Below, piece after piece: positions 8,650 to 15,854 of a DNA stretch of 20,000 bases. The position numbers and the translations under genes were made by a program. Position 1 is the stretch's first letter. The number at the start of each line of letters is the position of its first letter. Location of the stretch: the IMG/VR virus record IMGVR_UViG_3300011008_000093. One strand, written 5' to 3'. The notes below the pieces were generated by a model. It was not told where the DNA came from, searched no databases, and saw only the letters and a list, made by a program, of their open reading frames with translations. Source of the DNA: an uncultured virus (IMG/VR IMGVR_UViG_3300011008_000093) (lineage: Duplodnaviria > Heunggongvirae > Uroviricota > Caudoviricetes).

Positions 8650-9265
8650 CCTGGTTTTTAAGGAACCAGGAAACCTCTCTATTTATACCCCGCCTCTGGA
8701 TGGCGGCAAAGATGGCGGTTATAAAAAGGGACCTTCGCAGGCGATGTCCTTGTAACTGACCCGCCGCAGTTTGTGCAAGCCCACAATTTATATGTCGCCG
8801 TGGGCAAGCGGCAATTTTTGTCTGTCAGAACCTTTCCTCCCAGGTGTTTGCGCTCTTTTTCACCCTGCCCCTTTTTACGGGACGTTCTGACAAATTTTGT
8901 GTCGGCCAGTCATCTGCATTGCCGCCGTCGTGCCAACAACAAACGACGCAGAATCCTGGTTGCGAAAAATAGGACGAAATCTTGGCAAAACCCATCCCGC
9001 AAAAACACATCCTATCGGCCTACTGCGCTTTTTTAGTTCGTAAATATGGGGTTCTATCTTTTAGCAGCGTTTGCCCTCATATAACTGGTTTTTCTGTAGC
9101 TATATGAGCCGGGCCTGTTTATTGGAACCCCGTGAAACGTCATTCTCCCCGTCGCTGTGAATGCGGGCGCGACCCGCAGATCCTCGCTTTAACCGGAGGT
9201 GGCATCGGCCTCACAGCTATTCAAACAAGTACGCCGGGAAATGGAATGGCGGACCTGCTTGCGTC
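8650..9265 (-). ncRNA. Putative structured non-coding RNA region (series of hairpin/multibranch domains)
   Basis: About 600 nt with no convincing ORF and many long stems: TGTCAGAAC/GTTCTGACA (8823-8892), GGGGTTC/GAACCCC (9048-9131), CTCATATAGCT/AGTTATATGAG, ATAGGATG/CGTCCTAT, GCTGTGAG/TTCACAGC (9154-9217). Most imperfect pairs are G-U on the minus strand. Confidence 0.6.
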
Positions 9266-9275
9266 TTTTTATGTT

Positions 9276-9695
9276 TCAATGCCTCCAGGGGCAAGTATCC
9301 CCGGGACGGCGTGCAATGGGTTCAGCAATCAGCATATTCTCATCCCCGTAATGAATCGCCAGATGTGTATCATGAATCGTTGTGATCAGATACTCCGGAT
9401 CCAGAATTTTTTCATTTCGGTCCCGAATATCTTCCGGAAAGATCGGGTTCATATGATGAATAATCACTTTACCGTAGATCTCCCGGCCCTCGATTCCAAG
9501 ATCACATCCATTGTCTCTTGCAATCACAAAATCGCGAACTCGCTTCCATTCCGGGGAACGATAAAACGCCTGATTCATATATCGGTCAAAACCAAAAGTC
9601 TCCGCTCCGACAACCCCGTTCAAACGAAGATACTCATAGCGTTCTTTGAACGTCTCAAGACGAACCAGATCAGAATAACACTTAATAGTATTCAT
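9276..9695 (-). CDS. HNH endonuclease (terminase-associated)
   Basis: Likely start MNTIK at 9695, overlapping the upstream stop. Motifs: 'FYRSPEWKRVR..VIARDNGCD', 'IIHHMNP', 'YLITT..DTH.AIH'. It lies next to the packaging genes. Confidence 0.85.
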   Translation of the reverse strand: MNTIKCYSDLVRLETFKERYEYLRLNGVVGAETFGFDRYMNQAFYRSPEWKRVRDFVIARDNGCDLGIEGREIYGKVIIHHMNPIFPEDIRDRNEKILDPEYLITTIHDTHLAIHYGDENMLIAEPIARRPGDTCPWRH

Positions 9696-10056
9696 CGTCT
9701 TCTCCGTCTTCTCCGTCTTCTTCCTCATCATCGCTGCCGGCATATTTTTTCATATATTTCATGGCTTTTTCATACATCTCCTCGATCCGTGCTGCCGACT
9801 TGATGGCTTCCGCTTTTGCTGCAGCCAATTCCGTCTGCCTCTCCAGGAGTTCCTGTTCCAACCTCGCCTTGGTAGACCCTCGTTTGACCAATTCCGTAAT
9901 TAACTGAGAAGAAGCGGTTCCGTCTCGCAGCCTTTGTTCGGCAAGATCCATAGCCAAAGCTATCATGCGGTTCTCCTGAGCCTCGGGTGTCAAGGTAGCC
10001 CGAGCCGATGCTCTACTCTTAGTTGTGGTCTTTGTCGTTTTCGCAGTTTTGGCCAC
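9682..10056 (-). CDS. Probable terminase small subunit / helical DNA-binding protein
   Basis: GTG start at 10056 after AGGAGG. It has a basic N-terminus, a coiled coil and an acidic tail, and is the first gene of the packaging cluster. Function is inferred from position only. Confidence 0.5.
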   Translation of the reverse strand: MAKTAKTTKTTTKSRASARATLTPEAQENRMIALAMDLAEQRLRDGTASSQLITELVKRGSTKARLEQELLERQTELAAAKAEAIKSAARIEEMYEKAMKYMKKYAGSDDEEEDGEDGEDDEYY

Positions 10057-10124
10057 CTTTCTGCCTCCTCTCATTCTGTAATAGATTAGTTTTCATTTCA
10101 AAAATATGTGTTTCAATATAGTTT

Positions 10125-10276
10125 CAGGACGGTATTTGAAAAAGCCCGCATAAGCCGACATAACTGCAAGTGGAGAAAAAGCTTCATGGACAGTTCGTAT
10201 TATGGAGGTATGAACGAAAAAGAGCATCTTGCAACCAACACAGTCAACCTTGCGGGCTTGTTCAAACACCGCCCTG
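10125..10276 (-). ncRNA. Putative ~150-nt long-hairpin RNA element
   Basis: Minus-strand CAGGGCGGTGTTTGAACAAGCCCGCA pairs with TGCGGGCTTTTTCAAATACCGTCCTG. The stem continues through AGGTTGAC/GTCGGCTT and TGGTTGCAAG/CTTGCAGTTA, with many G-U pairs available only on the minus strand. Confidence 0.6.
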
Positions 10277-10296
10277 CCAATCAAAAATATCAATAG

Positions 10297-10390
10297 ACCC
10301 AAAAACCCTCCCCAAAATATCCCTCCGGAGATTTTTCAAAGACCGCCGCGATGCAAGGGGGGTGGGGTTTCTGCGGGACCCCCTATACCC
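10297..10390. other. Candidate DNA packaging (cos/pac) site region
   Basis: A GC-rich island with C- and G-runs (CCCTCCCC, CCCTCCGGAG, CCGCCGCGATGCAAGGGGGGTGGGG, GGGACCCCC) next to a very AT-rich tract. It lies just upstream of the small terminase/HNH genes. Positional inference. Confidence 0.4.
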
Positions 10391-10578
10391 TTATTTATAT
10401 TTCTATAGCCCTGTTATATTATATTTTTATATTTTATAATTGTTCATAGGACACCGAAATACTAATGAAAGGAGTATTCTATTGAGAAGCCCAGGATCAT
10501 AGCCCTAATGAATTAGAAATAAGAGAAAAAATTTAAGCAAAATAACATATTCATACAATTCTATAGATCTTATAAGCT

Positions 10579-10842
10579 CTATGCACTCACAAGAGTTTCA
10601 GACGTTTTATTTAATACGACTTTCTTGTAAATACCAAGAGGATCGTATTTGATAATATCGTCTATTGCCCGCTCCACTTCCTCATCGTTTTCAGCAGGAG
10701 ATAGCTGATCAGAAGTTCGAGCGATTCGAGCCAAATAAGAACAGGAATGATAACCTTTACCTTCATCAAACCGATACCAGGCATCAAACTCATTAAAAGG
10801 GTCATAAGGATTGTCAATTGTGGTTATTGCGCATTGTGCCAT
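10579..10842 (-). CDS. Hypothetical phage protein (TTIDNPYDPF motif)
   Basis: 87 aa ORF with GAAAGGAAG RBS and protein-like composition; function unknown. Confidence 0.75.
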   Translation of the reverse strand: MAQCAITTIDNPYDPFNEFDAWYRFDEGKGYHSCSYLARIARTSDQLSPAENDEEVERAIDDIIKYDPLGIYKKVVLNKTSETLVSA

Positions 10843-10874
10843 AAAACGCTCACTTCCTTTCTGTAAATATGATT

Positions 10875-10895
10875 AAAAAAAGGGCACTGGGCCCT
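10875..10895 (-). terminator. Rho-independent terminator after RNA polymerase gene
   Basis: Minus strand AGGGC-CCAGT-GCCCT followed by TTTTTT, a few nt after the stop codon of 10901..13663. Confidence 0.6.
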
Positions 10896-10900
10896 CAGGG

Positions 10901-13663
10901 TCAGGGGTTCAGGATTCGGGACACAGTAGAAGCAGACAGGTTCAACGCCTCCGCGATCTGGGCGTTGGTGTATCCGGAGTTGGCCATGGAACGAATTCTT
11001 GTTTGACGAGCTTCAGAAACTTCCGTTCTTGTTCTTGGTGTCGCTCGTTCACGAAGCGCGTCTTGATCGGCATAACGAAGAATCTCTTGCAAAGTTGTGT
11101 CGCTGATTGCGCCAGCTTGGATCGCTTTCCATTCGCCATCACTGATTGTGATGCGCGAACCTTTTCCATCAGCTCCGACTTGAACTCTTGCTTCATTGAT
11201 TGCAGCTCTTCGAATCTTTGAAATCTCGTCTTTGTCCGTGATATTGTTGTCTTCGATCTTGGCGCGAACTCGACTGTTTGCAATACGATGCGCTTCCCGT
11301 TCACGAGGTGCATTCATCTGCGCAACTTTAAGAGCACTTGTCAAGCGATCCACTTCAGGCTGATAAGTTTTGGCTGCACTGGCGGAACGAATCAGCCTTG
11401 GAGTTGCCAGATACTCAAGACGTGCTTCATTGGCCATAGCCTTCATCCGGTTGGCATAGTCTGCATATGCTTCTTCCTGAATGGTACCGGAGGACAACTT
11501 GTGAACATCGTCGATGACGGAAATCAGCTTCACTTTTTCGGTGGCTTCCACCGTATTACCCTTCTTATCGGTATAGGTCCGGCCGGACTCCTTATAGATC
11601 ATTTCACCCGTATCAGGGTCTATCCTCCCACTCCCCTGCCGTTCAGGGACATAGGTGTCCTGCTTATGGCGGGACAGCAACGTTGTGGCACCGCCCCGTT
11701 CTTTGCCGTCACCATCGGTATACCCCTGCCACTTCTTCCGGAGGGTGAGGATGTCATTATCCAGCTCCGACTGCTTATAGTCCAGTTTATGTTTAGCTGC
11801 ATCTATGACCACCATACTATGGCGTACGGCCTTTGTGATTTCGTCTTCTCCGGCACCTCGAAGCGTCATATCCGTGATCAGATTTGATATGACACCCATT
11901 TCCTTTTGGGTAGCTTCTTTTGACATCAGTTTTACGCCGGTCCTGCCTTCGGTAGAGTATTGGACCTTTGGATCGAAACCCTCCAAGCCTTTCAGCGCAG
12001 GCGTACTTTTGATGTTGACTTTACCCCCTGTGGGGATGACAACAACCTGATCCCCGTCAAAGTCAGCGCCAGACAGGCGCTCTGCCACATCCGGATGAAT
12101 TCCTACGGCATCCCGAATATTTTTTCCGAGAATCGAAATTGCCGATGGATTCTTGTTGTTTACAGTCAGGATCGGAATCTCAAAGGTACCCCCATGGGGG
12201 TAACGAACCAAAGCAACTTTTTCGCCATCCTTGTAATTGGGGGCATAGATCTCCGTTGGCTTGATTTTGGTAAGAGGAAGGATGACCTGAGTGCTCTGAC
12301 GGGGAAGAGCTGCCGCCTGGAGGTGAACCGCGGCAGAATCACATTCATCGGCGAAGTCCATGAGCAGTTTCTTCTTAATAGTAGGGTTAGTCAGAGATTT
12401 GATTTCATTAAACTCGTCCCTGGCATCGGCATACGTCAAATCCAGCTGACTCTGAATCAGTTTGATCGGCTGCTTGGATAGAAACTGAGAAGAAAGATTT
12501 CTGCTCATCTTATCCCAGTCGCCTTCTTCTTTCAGCTTATTGATAGCAGATAAAGACATCTTTTCACCGGTAATAGGGTCTGTATAGTTTCCCTTGGGAT
12601 CGGGATAGTAGCTCTGTCCGTTGGCTTTGATGTAAGCGCCAAAGGGATTGTCCGGGTCATTTTCCTTAATTGGTTTCAAGACATCCATCTTAGGCGTTTC
12701 AGAAGACTTGTTAGTGTTGAAGATAATGTCGACTCCTTTCGGAAAGTCCTTGTCGTCCCCATACATAGCCATACCTTTGAGATAATGTGTACCATCCACC
12801 ATAATCCGAACCTGCGCATAATTTGAATTACCGAGGTCCAGATCTTTTATGCCGCGACGAATCTCGATGACACCGTCTTTGGCTTTTCCGCCTTCATCGC
12901 CATAAAGGATCTTTACCCGATCCGAGCTGATACTGGCGGGATATTCCCTTTTGTCCCAGCTCTTACCACCATCTACAGAGTGGTAATCTCCAACAGACTT
13001 GATCTCGTCCAAATTTACGCTGCCGCCGGCGATCCCCCGTTCCTTGTCGGGAGGCTGATAAAAATGATTCTGTTCGATTTCCGGAACGGATATCACTTTT
13101 GTAGTGGTCCGCTTAGTCGGGTCGTTGGTATTGGGAACGCCAACGCCGAACCGGTTGTAACCCTGGGTTTCCAGAATAAACAAAGCCTCTTCCAACACAC
13201 CGGAGCTTACGCCAAGCTCCCGTTCCACACCGATGCCTACGTCAAGCGCGCCTTTTTTTTCAAGTTCTTTCTTCAAGATTTCCGCGGTCTGGGCAGCCTG
13301 ATTTTTGTTCGTTGAAGTTGTTTCGTTCAGAAGCGCCCGAACAGAAGAATCATTGTTATAACCCATAATCTGAGCGATTTCATCCAGGGTTTTGCCATCC
13401 TCCCGGAGGGCCTGAGCTCTGGCAGCCAGCAGAGCGCGGCGTTCATGCTTTGCTACCCTGACCTGCATGCGAAGATCGGTGGTGGACATTTTTAATTCTG
13501 CAGCAATTTCTTTTTCACTCTTTCCCTCACCCTGAAGTTCTTCCACCCGGGCAAGAAAATCCTTGCCATGCTGATAAGGGTTTTCACCGGAACCCCATGG
13601 ATAACGTCCAGAACGTCGTTTAACGCCATAATGCATTAAAATGTCTTCCTGTATAGGATTCAC
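10901..13663 (-). CDS. Single-subunit two-barrel (DPBB) RNA polymerase, YonO / eukaryotic RdRP-like, with HTH-like domains at both ends
   Basis: Catalytic loop LSGADFDGD preceded by VRYP. Other motifs: DG..EI, YAQVRI....YLKGM (cf. the RdRP QIR..KG motif), MGVISN, HSMVVIDAAK (cf. RdRP HS.AVD.PK). HTH-like segments: KSEKEIAAELKMS, KTLDEIAQIMGY, GYTNAQIAEALNLSASTVSRIL. GTG start after AAGGAGG. Confidence 0.85.
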   Translation of the reverse strand: MNPIQEDILMHYGVKRRSGRYPWGSGENPYQHGKDFLARVEELQGEGKSEKEIAAELKMSTTDLRMQVRVAKHERRALLAARAQALREDGKTLDEIAQIMGYNNDSSVRALLNETTSTNKNQAAQTAEILKKELEKKGALDVGIGVERELGVSSGVLEEALFILETQGYNRFGVGVPNTNDPTKRTTTKVISVPEIEQNHFYQPPDKERGIAGGSVNLDEIKSVGDYHSVDGGKSWDKREYPASISSDRVKILYGDEGGKAKDGVIEIRRGIKDLDLGNSNYAQVRIMVDGTHYLKGMAMYGDDKDFPKGVDIIFNTNKSSETPKMDVLKPIKENDPDNPFGAYIKANGQSYYPDPKGNYTDPITGEKMSLSAINKLKEEGDWDKMSRNLSSQFLSKQPIKLIQSQLDLTYADARDEFNEIKSLTNPTIKKKLLMDFADECDSAAVHLQAAALPRQSTQVILPLTKIKPTEIYAPNYKDGEKVALVRYPHGGTFEIPILTVNNKNPSAISILGKNIRDAVGIHPDVAERLSGADFDGDQVVVIPTGGKVNIKSTPALKGLEGFDPKVQYSTEGRTGVKLMSKEATQKEMGVISNLITDMTLRGAGEDEITKAVRHSMVVIDAAKHKLDYKQSELDNDILTLRKKWQGYTDGDGKERGGATTLLSRHKQDTYVPERQGSGRIDPDTGEMIYKESGRTYTDKKGNTVEATEKVKLISVIDDVHKLSSGTIQEEAYADYANRMKAMANEARLEYLATPRLIRSASAAKTYQPEVDRLTSALKVAQMNAPREREAHRIANSRVRAKIEDNNITDKDEISKIRRAAINEARVQVGADGKGSRITISDGEWKAIQAGAISDTTLQEILRYADQDALRERATPRTRTEVSEARQTRIRSMANSGYTNAQIAEALNLSASTVSRILNP

Positions 13664-13678
13664 AGTTCTTCCTCCTTA

Positions 13679-14233
13679 TTATTCCTGTTCTTTTAAATTG
13701 TTTATGATTTTGTCAAATGTAATGATTCGATCCATGATGGGAAAAATATCTTCGATGGTCGGGTTGTGGCAAAGAATTTCATCGTTCTGATAGATCCGAA
13801 GTTCCATGTCGATCTCATTGGGCTTTGTATCGTACTCCAGGCAAAACAGAGCGGCATAGATCATGAGCTGCTCCATGTGGGCCGGAGTTTCTCCGGTTTT
13901 CAAATCATGGATTCGAAGCATATTATTCCGGAATGAAATCGTATCCGCGGTTCCGAAACAATTGGGTGAATAATAAAGCACCTGCTCGGGAGTCATCTTG
14001 TACCCGATGGCGTCATTAACATACATATTCAACGTCTTTCCGGAACGAGGAAGCTTCTGGCCCAAAGTGATACACTGTGCCGCGAAGGCATGAAGCTGAG
14101 TTCCCCTCTGAGCGGCTCTCCACTTGGCATAGGTATCCGCCACTTTCTCTTCGTCATAGTTGATCCAATGATAACTGCTGGCACTGAGAAAGGCGTGATG
14201 CCCCTCAAGATTCGAATGCCTGTTCCAATTCAT
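13679..14233 (-). CDS. PD-(D/E)XK exonuclease (Cas4/DUF2800-like)
   Basis: Motifs HAFLSAS, GT.LH, PEQ, GTAD, IHDLKTG and QLMIYA match the Cas4/RecB-like nuclease motif series. Confidence 0.8.
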   Translation of the reverse strand: MNWNRHSNLEGHHAFLSASSYHWINYDEEKVADTYAKWRAAQRGTQLHAFAAQCITLGQKLPRSGKTLNMYVNDAIGYKMTPEQVLYYSPNCFGTADTISFRNNMLRIHDLKTGETPAHMEQLMIYAALFCLEYDTKPNEIDMELRIYQNDEILCHNPTIEDIFPIMDRIITFDKIINNLKEQE

Positions 14234-14504
14234 GCAGAACTTCCTCCTTGTTCTCAGGGCAAATAAAACGGGAAAAAGACATCTCGTTCATTTTGCCGAC
14301 GTAATACTCCTGATTGGGTCGTTTCTTCGCGGCGCTCGATTTTTTGCATTCCAAAGAAGCCCATTTGTTTTCATAAAGGACCAGCAAATCAGGAATTCCC
14401 TGAATCTGATCCATCTTGAACACCATACAGCCCGGAAAACGATTCTTGATCGTCTTGATCAGACGGTCTTGAAACCCGCTTTCCAGGTTTGCACTTCTGC
14501 TCAT
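14205..14504 (-). CDS. VRR-NUC / Holliday-junction-resolvase-like nuclease
   Basis: Likely start MSRSA (14504) after GGAGG. Motifs E..FQ, GIPDL, LECK and PNQ..Y. Confidence 0.8.
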   Translation of the reverse strand: MSRSANLESGFQDRLIKTIKNRFPGCMVFKMDQIQGIPDLLVLYENKWASLECKKSSAAKKRPNQEYYVGKMNEMSFSRFICPENKEEVLHELEQAFES

Positions 14505-14517
14505 ATATGCCTCCAAA

Positions 14518-15303
14518 TTACAGTACATCGATACAAGCGTTGATTGCCGTTTTTAAACGGTTGAAATAGCTTGCCTCAACAACGTCTCCGGTTTTTCTTA
14601 AATCGGCATTGGCATAGTACCAATTACCTGTCTTTGCATAATAAGTTCTGCTGATATTCCAGATAAGCGTGTTGTACATAGCAGCCGTAAAAACATCTCC
14701 GCTGCTGACTCTCATGTTTGCTAAGGGAACATCGACTTCTATCTCTTCATCATAACTGGAAAAATCTGAGGAAGAGTCCCAAACAACTCCGGCGGCAGTC
14801 ATAACTTCCTCTACTTTATCGAGAAAATCGTTCCACTCATTCGCAGTCAGAATTTCAAACGAATCATTATCATCCAAAGCCGCCTGGACTTCAGCGGACC
14901 AGTCCCAAGGATCGATTGGGCTTTCGAGTCTTGGAATTATTGCTACATAAGCATATCTTCCGCCATTTCCCTGGGCTAAAAGCCATGATACATATGTGGT
15001 TGCTGATGGATTACTTGCATGTGTCCACTGATAGTCCGCAAGCTGGTCGTTAAGAGCTTTAACAAATCCGTAGGACGCATCTGCTTCTGCGGTATCTGTT
15101 GTATAAATACCGCAAAAATATTCGCTAAACTCACCGGCACCTGAAGATGGCGTAGTATTTAGCACAAAATATTGTCCAATATCTAACCCCATACTATAAA
15201 AATTTCCGCTTTGTACTGAATATTCAGACACGTCGTCTACTGTTAATTTCACAGTACAATCGGTCGAACTTGTCACACGTATTTGAAGATATAAATCCGC
15301 CAT
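14518..15303 (-). CDS. Acidic hypothetical protein with tail-fibre-like C-terminal repeats
   Basis: ORF 14518..15315; the likely start is MADLY (15303) with GGAG upstream. C-terminal pseudo-repeats: LTANEWN, GDVFTAAMYN, GDVVEASYFN. Confidence 0.6.
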   Translation of the reverse strand: MADLYLQIRVTSSTDCTVKLTVDDVSEYSVQSGNFYSMGLDIGQYFVLNTTPSSGAGEFSEYFCGIYTTDTAEADASYGFVKALNDQLADYQWTHASNPSATTYVSWLLAQGNGGRYAYVAIIPRLESPIDPWDWSAEVQAALDDNDSFEILTANEWNDFLDKVEEVMTAAGVVWDSSSDFSSYDEEIEVDVPLANMRVSSGDVFTAAMYNTLIWNISRTYYAKTGNWYYANADLRKTGDVVEASYFNRLKTAINACIDVL

Positions 15304-15370
15304 GATAAACTCCATTTCTAATCAAAAAAAATAGAAAAAGCAGCAAATATCGTGACATATTTACTATTCT

Positions 15371-15398
15371 CTCCATAAGAGAGGCTGTTTTTTTCGCG
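15371..15398 (-). promoter_or_regulatory. 28-bp conserved motif, copy 1 (candidate phage RNAP promoter)
   Basis: CGCGAAAAAAACAGCCTCTCTTATGGAG. It aligns without gaps to copies 2 and 3 and lies upstream of the nuclease-RNAP operon. Confidence 0.65.
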
Positions 15399-15410
15399 CA
15401 AAGAAAAAAT

Positions 15411-15442
15411 AAAAGAAAGAGGCCGTGAAGCCTCAATCTTTT
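15411..15442. terminator. Rho-independent terminator (probably bidirectional)
   Basis: AAAAGAAAGAGGC-CGTGAA-GCCTCAATCTTTT hairpin flanked by A/T runs, directly after the stop of 15445..15651. Confidence 0.7.
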
Positions 15443-15444
15443 TT

Positions 15445-15651
15445 TTACATTTTATCAACTTTTAATAGTTGTTTTCGAAGACCTTCAACTTCATAATTCA
15501 ATCTGTCGTTTTCCAGCCACAACTGTTTGCAATCTTCACTTTTCACATCATATCCATGACTCCAACCTTTCCAATAACCTCTCTTATAGATAACGTAACT
15601 AAAAATACCAGAGCCAAAGCATCCAACCAAAAATGAAATTACATAAATCAT
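15445..15651 (-). CDS. Small membrane-anchored coiled-coil protein
   Basis: 68 aa with an N-terminal hydrophobic helix, GY..GW..GY and a C-terminal coiled coil. AGGAGG RBS. Confidence 0.75.
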   Translation of the reverse strand: MIYVISFLVGCFGSGIFSYVIYKRGYWKGWSHGYDVKSEDCKQLWLENDRLNYEVEGLRKQLLKVDKM

Positions 15652-15683
15652 AATTATAACCTCCTGGATGAATTATACAGTAT

Positions 15684-15711
15684 CTCCATAAAACAGACTG
15701 CAAAACATGCG
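15684..15711 (-). promoter_or_regulatory. 28-bp conserved motif, copy 2
   Basis: CGCATGTTTTGCAGTCTGTTTTATGGAG, ending 33 nt upstream of the 15651 start codon. Confidence 0.7.
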
Positions 15712-15718
15712 AAAAAAA

Positions 15719-15754
15719 AAAAGAGAAAGAGCCCCGAAAGACTCTTTCTCTTTT
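15719..15754. terminator. Rho-independent terminator (probably bidirectional)
   Basis: AAAAGAGAAAGAG-CCCCGAAAGA-CTCTTTCTCTTTT inverted repeat with a long T run on the minus strand. Confidence 0.75.
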
Positions 15755-15827
15755 AATCGTTACTCATACTCTTACAAATGATCAGTATGCCCAGCACAAT
15801 CAATAGAATTCCAAGTACCATAAACAT
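15753..15827 (-). CDS. 24-aa hydrophobic peptide (not in ORF track)
   Basis: MFMVLGILLIVLGILIICKSMSND* with AAGGGG RBS, bracketed by motif copy 3 and a terminator. Confidence 0.6.
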   Translation of the reverse strand: MFMVLGILLIVLGILIICKSMSND

Positions 15828-15854
15828 CTACCCCTTGTTAAAAATATGAATTTT

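Noticed and set aside
8773..9036. Short ORFs 8773..9036 (+) and 8825..9010 (-)
   Set aside because: They lack RBSs and protein-like composition; the region is better explained as structured RNA.
10093..10439. Short ORFs 10093..10302, 10108..10296, 10170..10439
   Set aside because: They overlap the long hairpin and G/C island and have no credible start context.
10901..13663. Reading the polymerase as evidence of an RNA virus or true RNA-templated replication
   Set aside because: It has two-barrel DFDGD motifs rather than viral palm-domain GDD motifs, and it sits in a dsDNA phage; characterised phage relatives are DNA-dependent.
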